Origin: Candidatus Magasanikiibacteriota bacterium
GTDB taxonomy: Bacteria > Patescibacteriota > Patescibacteriia > Magasanikbacterales > UBA922
Direction of reading: 5' to 3'
DNA: 64,000 bases
NCBI GenBank assembly: GCA_021648085.1
Contig: JAKITS010000001.1
Coordinates: forward strand, 452,948 to 516,947
Positions 27,571 to 37,471 of the stretch are shown here, one piece after another. A program made the position numbers and the translations under genes. The notes under the pieces were generated by a model. It saw only the letters and a list, made by a program, of their open reading frames with translations, searched no databases and was not told the DNA's origin. How positions within the stretch are numbered: position 1 is the stretch's first letter; each line of letters starts with the position of its first letter.

Positions 27571-29625
27571 TTATACCTTTTCCTTATTCTTCCTATTTTG
27601 CTGTTTTTTAAGTAATTTTATTTCATCTCTCAAAACAGTTGCCAACTCAAACTGCAATTCTTTTGCAGCTTTTTTCATTTCAAATTCCTTTTCTCTTATT
27701 ATTTTCTCAATTGGCCTGTCATCCCCTTTCAATTCTAATTCCAAAACTTTTTCCTGCAAAGTTAATTTTTTTGTTTTTTTGGAACTCTTCTTTTTCGTTG
27801 TAATTCCAAATTCCTCCAGCAAATTCTTTATTTCTTTTTCAATTGTTTTTGGAGTTATTTTATGTTTTTTATTATAAGCAAGTTGAATTTTTCTTCTTCT
27901 GTCTGTTTCTTTTATTGCTCGCCCCATAGAACCTGTAATTCTATCGGCATAAAGTATTACTTGTCCATCTACATTTCTAGCAGCACGACCAATAGTTTGC
28001 ACCAAGCTTGTTTCACTTCTCAAAAATCCTTCTTTATCTGCATCTAAAATTGCAACCAAAGAAACTTCTGGAATATCCAAACCCTCTCTCAACAAATTTA
28101 TACCAACCAAAACATCAAATTCGCCTCTGCGCAAACCGGTAATTATTTCAATTCGCTCCATAGTTTTTATGTCGCTGTGCAAATATTTTACTTTTATTCC
28201 TTTTTCTTCCAGATATCCACTCAAATCTTCTGCCATTTTTTTTGTAAGTGTTGTCACCAAAATTCTTCCACCACTCTCAACTTTTTTATCAATCATTTTC
28301 ATTAAATCATCTATTTGAGAAATATTTTTTGCAGTTTCTGTGACAGGCTTAATGATAATTTCTGGATCAATTAAACCAGTTGGACGCACAATTTGCTCCA
28401 CTATTTGACCGCTTCTTTCTAATTCATATTCAGCAGGAGTTGCAGAAGAATAGATAACCTTATCAGTCCTTTTTTCAAACTCCTCAAATTTTAATGGTCT
28501 ATTGTCTCGTGCACTCGGAAGTCTAAAACCATATTCCACCAAATTGTCTTTTCTAGCTTTATCACCCATATACATTGCGCGGATTTGTGGCATTGTCACA
28601 TGAGATTCATCTATAATTGTCAAAAAATCCCCAACTCCGTGTGTGAAATAATCCATAAGAGTGGCAGGCGGTTCGCCTGGCGCGCGCCCATCAAAATGCC
28701 TAGAATAATTTTCAATTCCGTTACAATATCCCAAATTTTTGATCAATTCCAAATCATAATTTACCCTTCTCTTCAACCTTTCATATTCCAAAACTTTTCC
28801 TTGTTTTTTAAATTTCTTCAATTGTTCATCTGCTTCTTTTCGAATTGTTTTTAAAGCTCGCGCACGCAAATCTGACCCAACTACATAATGCTTTGCCGGA
28901 AAAAACCAAGAATCTTCTTGCTCGCGAATTATCTTTCGAGTTATAGGGTCAATTATTTCAATTTTATCTATTTTTTCACCAATTTCAAATCTATAAATTT
29001 TCTCCTCGTTTGCTGGCATAATCTCAAAAAACTGCCCACGCATTCGAAAAGTTCCTCTTTTCAGTTCCAAACTTGTTCGCTCAAACTGCATTTCTATAAG
29101 TTGAGCCAACATTCCCCTTCTATCCATTTTTTGCCCACAAGTGAGGTGAAGTACAATCCTCTCATATTCTGCGGGTGAACCCAAACCATAAATAGCCGAA
29201 ACAGACGCAACAATAATTACATCTTTTCTACTCAAAATAGCCTGTGTACAAGCATGGCGAAGTCGCTCTATCTCATCATTTATCTGAGCTTCCTTTTCTA
29301 TATAAGTGTCCGATCCAGAAAGATATGCTTCTGGCTGATAATAATCATAATAACTTACAAAATATTCCACTGCACTGTCTGGAAAAAAACCCCTAAACTC
29401 TGTACAAAGTTGCGCCGCCAAAGTTTTGTTATGCGCAATCACCAAAGTTGGCAAACCTGTTTTTTCTATCACATTTGCCAAAGTAAAAGTCTTTCCAGAA
29501 CCAGTAACACCTAGCAAAGTCTGGTGTTCAATATTTTTGTTCAAACCACTCACCAACTGCTTTATAGCTTTGGGCTGGTCTCCTGCTGGCTTGTATTTAG
29601 ATTTTATTTTAAATCCTTTTTTCAT
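27571..29625 (-). CDS. uvrB: Excinuclease ABC subunit B
   Basis: GDQPxAI, GVTGSGKT, FVSYYDYYQPEAY, GINLLREGLD; C-terminal UVR domain. Confidence 0.98.
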   Translation of the reverse strand: MKKGFKIKSKYKPAGDQPKAIKQLVSGLNKNIEHQTLLGVTGSGKTFTLANVIEKTGLPTLVIAHNKTLAAQLCTEFRGFFPDSAVEYFVSYYDYYQPEAYLSGSDTYIEKEAQINDEIERLRHACTQAILSRKDVIIVASVSAIYGLGSPAEYERIVLHLTCGQKMDRRGMLAQLIEMQFERTSLELKRGTFRMRGQFFEIMPANEEKIYRFEIGEKIDKIEIIDPITRKIIREQEDSWFFPAKHYVVGSDLRARALKTIRKEADEQLKKFKKQGKVLEYERLKRRVNYDLELIKNLGYCNGIENYSRHFDGRAPGEPPATLMDYFTHGVGDFLTIIDESHVTMPQIRAMYMGDKARKDNLVEYGFRLPSARDNRPLKFEEFEKRTDKVIYSSATPAEYELERSGQIVEQIVRPTGLIDPEIIIKPVTETAKNISQIDDLMKMIDKKVESGGRILVTTLTKKMAEDLSGYLEEKGIKVKYLHSDIKTMERIEIITGLRRGEFDVLVGINLLREGLDIPEVSLVAILDADKEGFLRSETSLVQTIGRAARNVDGQVILYADRITGSMGRAIKETDRRRKIQLAYNKKHKITPKTIEKEIKNLLEEFGITTKKKSSKKTKKLTLQEKVLELELKGDDRPIEKIIREKEFEMKKAAKELQFELATVLRDEIKLLKKQQNRKNKEKV

Positions 29626-29636
29626 AAGGTAATTCT

Positions 29637-29941
29637 CACACGTCATATTGAGCTTGACTGGGGATCCAGGGTTTATATCACAGTTCTATTTTGTATACTC
29701 TGGATTCCCAGTCAAGCTGAGAATGACAGAAAACTTTTTCATGTCATATTGAGCGGAGTGAAACGGAGTCGAAATATCTTGGGACTATATCATTAGAACT
29801 TTGAATATTCAGTCTTCTAATGTTTTTGTTTCGAGATTCTTCGGCTGTCGCTCAGGATGGCGTGATAGAAAGGTGATATTGTCTCGAGATCCATTCTACT
29901 TCATTCCACTTTGCCTCATTCCGCTCAGGATGACATGTGTT
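29637..29941. repeat. REP/REPIN-like cluster 3
   Basis: GTCATATTGAGCTTGACTGGGGATCC...GGATTCCCAGTCAAGCTGAGAATGAC; GTCATATTGAGCGGAGTGAAACGGAGTCGAAATATCT; two CGCTCAGGATG(A/G)C ends. Confidence 0.8.
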
Positions 29942-30011
29942 GAATTTTCTTATTTTCTTTTTTTACTTTTTAATTTATAAACTTTTTAACTTCCTTTCTC
30001 TATCTAATCTG

Positions 30012-31367
30012 CTACCCAATTTCTACTTCCTCCTCATATTCAGGAATAAACACTTTCAAATCATATTTATCTCGAAGTCTGTGTGAAAGCTCGGTTGCAG
30101 AATGCTCTTCACCGTGAACCAAATAAACTTTTTCTGGTTTTTTCTCTCCACTATTTATCCATTCCATCAACTTTTTTTGGTCACCGTGTGCAGAAAGTGA
30201 ACCTATTGCTTTTATTGTTGCTCTTACTTCCATATACTTACCCATTACTTTTACATTTTCTGCGCCTTCATAAAGTTTTCTACCCAAAGTTCCGTGAGCT
30301 TGATAACCCACAAAAATAAGAGTTGAGTTTGGATCATCCAAATAACGCACAGCGTGATGCAAAATTCTTCCACCATTCATCATTCCTGCGCCAGCAATTA
30401 TTATTTTTGCACCTTTTTTACTATTTATTCTTTTTGATTCATCTCTAGTGTGAGTAATTTTCAAATTTGGAAACTGCAAAAAATCACCTTCAGTTTGGTA
30501 TTCTCGCATTGCTTCTTCATCATAATATTCTGGAAAAAGTTTATAAACTTTTGTAGCTTTTATTGCAAGTGGGCTATCCAAATAAATAGGTACTTTTGGC
30601 AAGGTATGATCGTGTTCACTCATTTTATGGAGTTGAAATAAAATCTGCTGAGTTCTTTCCAAAGAAAAGGCTGGAATCATAATTGCACCACCACGCTTTA
30701 CCCCTTCTTGGATCATTTTCAAAAGTTCTGCATACCCCTCTTCCACTGGCTCGTGTATTCTATCTCCATAAGTCGACTCGCAAACCACAACATCTACATT
30801 ACTTAGATTTTGTGTATCTTTTAAAATTGGTACATCGTCATTTCCAACATCTCCAGAAAATGCAATTTTCTTTTTACCATCTGTAATTTCTATAAAAGAA
30901 GACCCATAAATATGTCCCATATCCTTAAAAATTGCAGAAATACCATCTCCCAAATCTACATTATCATTATAATTTACACCCTTACATCTAGCTTTTGCAG
31001 TTTCTATATCTGCCTCAGAATAAAGAATAGGCACTTGAAATTTTCTATTGTTATATTCCATTATTCTAAAAGCATCTTCCCAAATCAAAGTAGCAAAAGC
31101 ACAAGTTGCTTTTGTCATAAAAATATCACCACTAAAACCATCTCTTATCAACTTTGGAATTCTACCAATATGATCTAGATGTGCATGTGTCACCAAAACA
31201 ACATCAATCTCTTTTGGAACAAAAGGAAAATCATCATGATTTCTACCTTCATTGAAATTGGAACCCTGAAACATTCCACAATCTACTAAAATATTCTTTC
31301 CGTTCGCCTCCAAAAGATGTGCCGAACCTGTCACTTGTCTATTTGCTCCACAAAATTTTATTTTCAT
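30012..31367 (-). CDS. Metallo-beta-lactamase/beta-CASP ribonuclease
   Basis: VTGS, THAHLDH, ESTYG, PAFSLERTQ, LSAHGD, VHGE. Confidence 0.92.
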   Translation of the reverse strand: MKIKFCGANRQVTGSAHLLEANGKNILVDCGMFQGSNFNEGRNHDDFPFVPKEIDVVLVTHAHLDHIGRIPKLIRDGFSGDIFMTKATCAFATLIWEDAFRIMEYNNRKFQVPILYSEADIETAKARCKGVNYNDNVDLGDGISAIFKDMGHIYGSSFIEITDGKKKIAFSGDVGNDDVPILKDTQNLSNVDVVVCESTYGDRIHEPVEEGYAELLKMIQEGVKRGGAIMIPAFSLERTQQILFQLHKMSEHDHTLPKVPIYLDSPLAIKATKVYKLFPEYYDEEAMREYQTEGDFLQFPNLKITHTRDESKRINSKKGAKIIIAGAGMMNGGRILHHAVRYLDDPNSTLIFVGYQAHGTLGRKLYEGAENVKVMGKYMEVRATIKAIGSLSAHGDQKKLMEWINSGEKKPEKVYLVHGEEHSATELSHRLRDKYDLKVFIPEYEEEVEIG

Positions 31368-31466
31368 AGCATTTATTAAATATAATATTAGTTTAACATA
31401 TATAAAAAAATATTCTCAAATTTTACTTTATTATTTTCCTACTTTTTGCTATAATTCAAAGAGCTT

Positions 31467-32108
31467 ATGCGACAAAAAATAGACAGTGTAGAAATAAAAC
31501 AACCGCCTATTGGTGGACTAAGAAAAAAACCATCTTGCATAAAGCGTGGCTGTTTTATGAGTTGTGGCTTAATTGTATTATTTTTAATAGCAATTTTAGT
31601 TATTTTAAAATTTACAACAACAGAAAGACCAAGAGAATTAAAAGAACTTCCAGAATTTTTTCCAATAGAAATACCCATTTACGATGCAGACAATGTAGAC
31701 ACAATTACACTTCAGTCTGAGCACAAAAAAAATAAAGAATTAGAATTGGTATTAATGTTACCAAAAATTATTGTTTCTCCTATAGTTATATTAAAATCTG
31801 AAAATAAAGAAAGTTCGTGGAAAACTTTTACAGAATTTATCACGAAACCAATTATTCCCACAAAAGAAAATGTGACGATAGAATGGTTTGATTTATCTGC
31901 AAGTTCAGACTTTTTACAAGAATATTATGCAAAAGAATTCAAGAAAAATAACTTTAAAGTTCTAATCTCCAAAGATAATGGAAATAGAAGGCAATTTAGT
32001 TTTAAAAAAGAAGGTGTAAGCGGATTATTTTTTATAAATGATTCACCAAAAACAGAAGGAACAGACTACCTGTCACTTTCTGTAAAAATAATAAATACTC
32101 CAAAATAA
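31467..32108 (+). CDS. Membrane-anchored hypothetical protein
   Basis: 213 aa; GC..SCG followed by a TM helix; abuts corA. Confidence 0.7.
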   Translation: MRQKIDSVEIKQPPIGGLRKKPSCIKRGCFMSCGLIVLFLIAILVILKFTTTERPRELKELPEFFPIEIPIYDADNVDTITLQSEHKKNKELELVLMLPKIIVSPIVILKSENKESSWKTFTEFITKPIIPTKENVTIEWFDLSASSDFLQEYYAKEFKKNNFKVLISKDNGNRRQFSFKKEGVSGLFFINDSPKTEGTDYLSLSVKIINTPK

Positions 32109-32109
32109 T

Positions 32110-33030
32110 ATGGCAATTCGTGTAATAAAACAAAAAAACCTAACATGGATAAATATAGACAAGGTGGATGAAGAAGCTTTGAAATACTTAATGGAAAATC
32201 ATAATTTCCATCATTTGGACTTGGAAGACCTACAGAGTGAAGCACAGACTCCAAAATTAGATGTTTACAAAAACTATCTTTTTGTTGTATTACAATTTCC
32301 AACTTGGCAACCCCATTCAAAGAGTATTTCCACACAAGAAATAGATGTTTTTTTGGGAGATGGATATTTAATAACTATTCAACATACAAAATCCAAAGAA
32401 ATGAAAAACTTCTTCTTTAGATGTATGCGAAACAGAAAAATAAAATCCGACTGGATGAGTAAAAGTTCTGGATATTTATTAAACAAAATACTAGAATCAC
32501 TTTTTTCAAATTCACAACCTATTTTAAACAATATGGGTCGCCAAATTTCTAAACTAGAAGAAGAAATTTTCAGCAAAGAACCAGACGGAAAAATCGTAAA
32601 AGAGTTAGCAATTCACAGAAGAAATATATTAAACTTTCGTAGAATTATAGATCCGCAAAGATATTTAATCTCAAACCTATCACACACAAGAAAATCATTT
32701 TTAGATGAATCGCTTACACTTTATTTTGACAATGTAAATGACTTTTTATCCAAAATCTGGTCCATTATTGAAAACTACAAAGAAACAGTAGATGGATTAC
32801 ATGTTACAGTAGAATCTTTGATAGCTCGTCGCACAAACCGTGTAGTTGCAACTCTTACTGCTATTTCTGTAGCACTACTTCCACTTACTTTACTTTCTGG
32901 AATTTATGGTATGAATATAGACAGCCTCCCTTTTTCACACAATCCATTTTATGTGTGGTTAATGTTCTTAGGTCTTGCAACTTTTATAATTGCAATTCTA
33001 ATTATTCTAAAAAAGAAACGACTAATATAA
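32110..33030 (+). CDS. corA: CorA-family Mg2+/Co2+ transporter
   Basis: GIYGMN signature and two C-terminal TM helices. Confidence 0.92.
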   Translation: MAIRVIKQKNLTWINIDKVDEEALKYLMENHNFHHLDLEDLQSEAQTPKLDVYKNYLFVVLQFPTWQPHSKSISTQEIDVFLGDGYLITIQHTKSKEMKNFFFRCMRNRKIKSDWMSKSSGYLLNKILESLFSNSQPILNNMGRQISKLEEEIFSKEPDGKIVKELAIHRRNILNFRRIIDPQRYLISNLSHTRKSFLDESLTLYFDNVNDFLSKIWSIIENYKETVDGLHVTVESLIARRTNRVVATLTAISVALLPLTLLSGIYGMNIDSLPFSHNPFYVWLMFLGLATFIIAILIILKKKRLI

Positions 33031-33046
33031 CCTATATACCACAAAT

Positions 33047-34660
33047 ATGATTCGCAGGCTTTTTTCTAGTCAAATTAAAAGCATAACTGGGGCTGCCATT
33101 CTACTTGGATCAGCTTCTTTTGTTAGTCGTATTATTGGAGTTTTGCGTGACAGGATTTTTGCACACGAATTTGGAGCAGGCCCAACATTAGACGCATATT
33201 ATGCAGCTTTTAGAATTCCAGACTTAGTTTACAATTTATTAGTTATCGGTGCACTTTCAGCTGGTTTTATTCCAGTATTTTTGAAAGTTTACGAAAAAAA
33301 TAAAAAGAAAGCTTGGGAAGTCACAAACGGAATAATTCATATTCTTGGACTTGGACTAATTATAACCTGCACAATTCTTTTTATTTTTACACCGCAAATA
33401 GTACCACTCTTAGTTCCTGGTTTTAGCGGAGAAAAATTGAAACTAACAATAATACTTACCCGCATAATGTTTTTTAGCCCATTTTTACTTGGGCTTAGTA
33501 GTGTTGTAAGTGGGGTTTTGCAAGCCACAAAATCTTTTTTTATTTATGCTCTAACTCCAATAATGTATAACTTGGGAATTATAGTTGGTGCTTTATTTTT
33601 TGTTCCTATTTTTGGTGAGATTGGCTTGGCATTTGGTGTAATTCTTGGAGCACTTATGCATTTACTTATCCAACTACCCACTTTTTTCAAACAAGGTTAT
33701 AGGTATAAATTTGTCTTCAACTTAAAAGATAAATTTGTACGAGAAATTGCAAAATTAATGGTTCCACGAACTTTAGGACTCGCCACAAGTCAACTTCATA
33801 TTTTAGTAATTACTTATCTTGCTTCCACACTTTCCGAAGGAAGTCTTACTATTTTCAACTTCGCAAATAACTTGCAACACTTCCCTATTGGAATTATCGG
33901 CTACTCTTTTGCAATTGCTGCGTTTCCAACACTTTCATATTTGGCAGCAAAAAATAAAAAAGAAGAAATTTCTCAACATATTTCTTCTACAACTCGACAA
34001 ATATTGTTTTTAATAATTCCACTCACTATTATATTCCTACTTTTGCGTGCTCAGATTGTACGCGTAGTTTTAGGAAGTGGCGCTTTCGATTGGACTGCCA
34101 CAATTTTAACTGCAAACACTTTAGCATTTTTCACACTTTCACTTTTTGCCCAATGTCTAATTCCACTTTTTGCCAGAACTTTTTATGCTTTAGAAGACAC
34201 AATGACGCCGTTTATAATTAGTTTTATTGCAGCTGGCGTAAATATAGCTTTGGGGATTTACCTCAAAGATATTTTAGGAGTTGCCGGTTTGGCCTTAGCC
34301 TTTTCCGCAGCAATGATAATTCAACTTTCATTTTTATGGTTATTTTTAAAATTAAAACTAGGAAGTTTGGGAGAAGTAGTTATTTTAAAATCTTTAAATA
34401 AAATAATCTTTTCCGCTTTTTGGATGGCAATTACAATTCAAGTATTAAAAACTCCTCTATCGAATATGTTTAATATGACTACTTTCAAAGGAATTTTAGC
34501 TCAAGGGTTTTTTGCAGGAATGTCTGGAATATTTGTTTATATTATAATATGCTATTTATTGAAATTACCAGAATTAAAACATATTCTAAGTAGTCTTACC
34601 AAAAAGTGGCTTAAACTTAGAAATGTCCAAGCCGAGATAAATGAGGCTGACGAGGTTTAA
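33047..34660 (+). CDS. murJ: Lipid II flippase MurJ/MviN
   Basis: SRIIGVLRD, AYYAAFRIPD, GALSAGFIP; ~14 TM. Confidence 0.95.
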   Translation: MIRRLFSSQIKSITGAAILLGSASFVSRIIGVLRDRIFAHEFGAGPTLDAYYAAFRIPDLVYNLLVIGALSAGFIPVFLKVYEKNKKKAWEVTNGIIHILGLGLIITCTILFIFTPQIVPLLVPGFSGEKLKLTIILTRIMFFSPFLLGLSSVVSGVLQATKSFFIYALTPIMYNLGIIVGALFFVPIFGEIGLAFGVILGALMHLLIQLPTFFKQGYRYKFVFNLKDKFVREIAKLMVPRTLGLATSQLHILVITYLASTLSEGSLTIFNFANNLQHFPIGIIGYSFAIAAFPTLSYLAAKNKKEEISQHISSTTRQILFLIIPLTIIFLLLRAQIVRVVLGSGAFDWTATILTANTLAFFTLSLFAQCLIPLFARTFYALEDTMTPFIISFIAAGVNIALGIYLKDILGVAGLALAFSAAMIIQLSFLWLFLKLKLGSLGEVVILKSLNKIIFSAFWMAITIQVLKTPLSNMFNMTTFKGILAQGFFAGMSGIFVYIIICYLLKLPELKHILSSLTKKWLKLRNVQAEINEADEV

Positions 34661-34707
34661 AAAACAAAAAAAACCCTTGCAACCTGTTAAAGTCGCAAGG
34701 GTTAGAA

Positions 34708-34998
34708 TCAGCACTCGTCCTTCTCCTCTTTGAAAAGCTCCAAAAGATCTTTTAGCTTTTGAGCATAATTACTAAAATTATACTTTTCAGTAAAAACTAG
34801 AAGTGATTCTAGCTCGCTGATAAGCACATCGAAATCTGTTTCATTATCTTGCACATTTGCAAGTAAAACGAAACAAATTTCCACTCTTATGATAAGCGGA
34901 TCAATAGTACATCCACCCTCAATCATTTTCAAAAAACAATAATCTAGAATTCCCAATACCATCTGAAACGCTGGAATTCTGTTATTATTTTTTTTCAT
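34708..34998 (-). CDS. Hypothetical protein (orphan unit)
   Basis: AAGGAGG SD before ATG 34998; TTGACA-17-TAGGAT; terminator AACCCTTGC..GCAAGGGTT at ~34672-34703. Confidence 0.6.
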   Translation of the reverse strand: MKKNNNRIPAFQMVLGILDYCFLKMIEGGCTIDPLIIRVEICFVLLANVQDNETDFDVLISELESLLVFTEKYNFSNYAQKLKDLLELFKEEKDEC

Positions 34999-35183
34999 TT
35001 TTTCCTCCTTTTTTGTAAAAATAAAAGAACTTATCAATAAATCCTATCACAAAAAAACACTTTTGTCAAGTCAAGCCCTTGATTTTTATGTAAAAATAGG
35101 ATAACATAAGGACTACTACTATATACTTTTTTAGTAATAAAATTCCATATTTTTTGTAAAAAAATAGTATTAGTTTAAAATAT

Positions 35184-36974
35184 ATGAATGAGATAAAAAA
35201 CTTTTGCATAATTGCACATATTGACCATGGAAAGTCTACTTTGGCAGACCGTTTTTTGGAGATCACAAATACAATAGATAAAAGAAGGACAGGAACTCAG
35301 ATATTAGACACAATGGAGCTAGAACAAGAGCGTGGAATAACAATCAAACTTCAACCTGTGAGAATGCAATTTAAAAATCACACACTAAATCTAATCGACA
35401 CTCCTGGGCATGTAGACTTCACATACGAAGTCTCTAGGTCTCTTGCTGCGGTAGAGGGTGCAATTCTTTTGGTAGATGCATCGCAAGGCGTGCAGGCTCA
35501 AACTATTGGAAATCTATACCTTGCAATGGAGCAAGATTTGGAAATTATTCCAATTTTAAACAAAATAGACTTGCCAAATGCAGATGTGGAAAAAGTTAGT
35601 GAAGAAATTATACATCTTATTGGTTGCAGAAAAGAAGATATTTTAAAATGTTCAGCAAAAACAGGAGAAGGTGTTGAGCAAATTTTAGATAAAATTATAG
35701 AAAAAGTTCCAAGCCCAAAAACAGAACTAAAAGAAAAAATACTTCGAGCATTGATTTTTGACTCAACTTACGACGATTACCGCGGAGTTATAGCTTCTGT
35801 TAGGGTTGTTGATGGTGAGATGACGAAAGGGGATAAATTGAAATTTATAGGAACAAAAAATGAAGCAGAAGTTTTGGAAACTGGTTTTTATTCTCCAGAG
35901 CTTACACCATCTGAAAAATTAGAAAATGGACAAATTGGTTTTGTGGTCACAGGAATAAAAGATATTGGAAGTGTTCGCGTTGGAGATACAATTACATTCA
36001 AAAAAGAAGGTTCCATTGAAGGACTACCTGGATATAAAGAAGTAAAACCAATGGTTTTTGCTGGAATTTTTCCAAAAGAAGGTGATGACTATTCTACTCT
36101 TCGTGATGCAATGGACAGATTGAAATTGAGTGACTCTGCTTTAAGTTATGAGCCTGAACACTCCCAAGCTTTAGGTTTTGGTTTTCGTTGTGGTTTTTTA
36201 GGAATGCTTCATTTGGATATTTTCCAAGAAAGACTAAAAAGAGAGTTTGGTCTTCATATTATAGTCACGGTTCCAAGTGTTGCGTACGAAGTTTACAAAA
36301 CATCTGGCGATAATATTATTATCAAAAGTCCTCAAGATCTTCCACTCAGAACACAAATAAAATATATAAAAGAACCTTGGATGGTTGTGGATATAATTAC
36401 ACCAAGCAATTATATTGGAAATGTAATGGGTCTTGTTTCTGATAGAAAAGGAAGGTATTTGAATACAGAATACCTAAGTGCAGGAAATCAAAATCGTGCG
36501 ATGCTTCACTATGAAATGCCATTAGCTTCGCTTATCACGGATTTTTATGATAAACTAAAAACAGTGACAAGTGGTTATGCTTCACTAAATTACGAGCTAA
36601 AAAACTACGAAAAAGCAAATGTTGTGAAGCTAGATATTATAGTTTCAGAAGAACCAGTAGAATCACTTTCCACACTTGTGTGGGAAGGAGAAGCACATAA
36701 AATTGGAAAACAAATTGTAAAATCCCTAAGAGACACACTACCAAAACAGCAATTTGTCATAAAAATTCAAGCCGCAATTGGTGGAAAAATAGTTGCAGCA
36801 GAAAGAATTAGTGCACTTCGCAAAGATGTGACAGCAAAACTTTATGGTGGGGATGTCACAAGAAAACGCAAACTACTAGAAAAACAAAAAAAAGGTAAAA
36901 AAAGAATGCTCGCAATGGGAAAAGGTAAAGTAGATATTCCAACAGAAGCATATTTAGCAGTTCTTAAGCGTTAA
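35184..36974 (+). CDS. lepA: Elongation factor 4
   Basis: AHIDHGKSTLADR, DTPGHVDF, GFRCGFLG, RKDVTAKLYGGD. Confidence 0.98.
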   Translation: MNEIKNFCIIAHIDHGKSTLADRFLEITNTIDKRRTGTQILDTMELEQERGITIKLQPVRMQFKNHTLNLIDTPGHVDFTYEVSRSLAAVEGAILLVDASQGVQAQTIGNLYLAMEQDLEIIPILNKIDLPNADVEKVSEEIIHLIGCRKEDILKCSAKTGEGVEQILDKIIEKVPSPKTELKEKILRALIFDSTYDDYRGVIASVRVVDGEMTKGDKLKFIGTKNEAEVLETGFYSPELTPSEKLENGQIGFVVTGIKDIGSVRVGDTITFKKEGSIEGLPGYKEVKPMVFAGIFPKEGDDYSTLRDAMDRLKLSDSALSYEPEHSQALGFGFRCGFLGMLHLDIFQERLKREFGLHIIVTVPSVAYEVYKTSGDNIIIKSPQDLPLRTQIKYIKEPWMVVDIITPSNYIGNVMGLVSDRKGRYLNTEYLSAGNQNRAMLHYEMPLASLITDFYDKLKTVTSGYASLNYELKNYEKANVVKLDIIVSEEPVESLSTLVWEGEAHKIGKQIVKSLRDTLPKQQFVIKIQAAIGGKIVAAERISALRKDVTAKLYGGDVTRKRKLLEKQKKGKKRMLAMGKGKVDIPTEAYLAVLKR

Positions 36975-36987
36975 ATATTCACTTTCC

Positions 36988-37017
36988 TGTCATTTCGAAC
37001 TAAAGTGAGAAATCCCT
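36988..37017. repeat. Single degenerate REP half-site
   Basis: TGTCATTTCGAACTAAAGTGAGAAATCCCT has the same GTCAT...ATC(C/T) layout as the other REP-like units. Confidence 0.5.
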
Positions 37018-37067
37018 TAAATGTTGATTTAAATATATTCTTTTTTAGCGATAACAACAAAATTCTC

Positions 37068-37246
37068 TTATCTTACATTTTGGCACCAAAAGATAATCAA
37101 AAGTGCCGAACGGTTGAAAATTTTAGGCTTAATTTCTTTTTAAAACTTATTTAACTCACCGCAGTTCGCTAAATTCGTTATTTTCTGTATCCTCAGAAAA
37201 CCATAAGTTTTGAAAATAAATTAGTCCAAAAATTTCAAATGTTCGG
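37068..37246. other. Long imperfect hairpin element downstream of lepA
   Basis: TTTTGGCAC/GTGCCGAA; CCGAACGGTTGAAAATTTT/AAAAATTTCAAATGTTCGG; AAAACTTAT/ATAAGTTTT. Confidence 0.55.
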
Positions 37247-37319
37247 GAGGTTTAGAATAGGAAAAGAAAAGAACATTTCGAACAAGCGAAGCGATAGAAC
37301 AACTTTAACTTTAAAAAAT

Positions 37320-37421
37320 ATGAAACACAAAAGTAAAACATTTAAAATATTCTGGACAATCGTAAGTATTGTAATGATTGTAAGTATGGTTTTCTTTACT
37401 ATCTTGCCAGTCTTTTACTAA
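37320..37421 (+). CDS. 33-aa single-TM small protein (DUF4044-like layout)
   Basis: MKHKSKTFKIFWTIVSIVMIVSMVFFTILPVFY: basic N-terminus followed by a TM helix. Confidence 0.5.
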   Translation: MKHKSKTFKIFWTIVSIVMIVSMVFFTILPVFY

Positions 37422-37471
37422 TCTGAGTTTTTGTTCTAAAATAGACAGACAATTAAAATTGTCTGTTTTTT

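Noticed and set aside
21359-29941. Repeat clusters as a CRISPR array
   Set aside because: Units are inverted doublets with irregular spacing, not direct repeats with uniform spacers; no cas genes.
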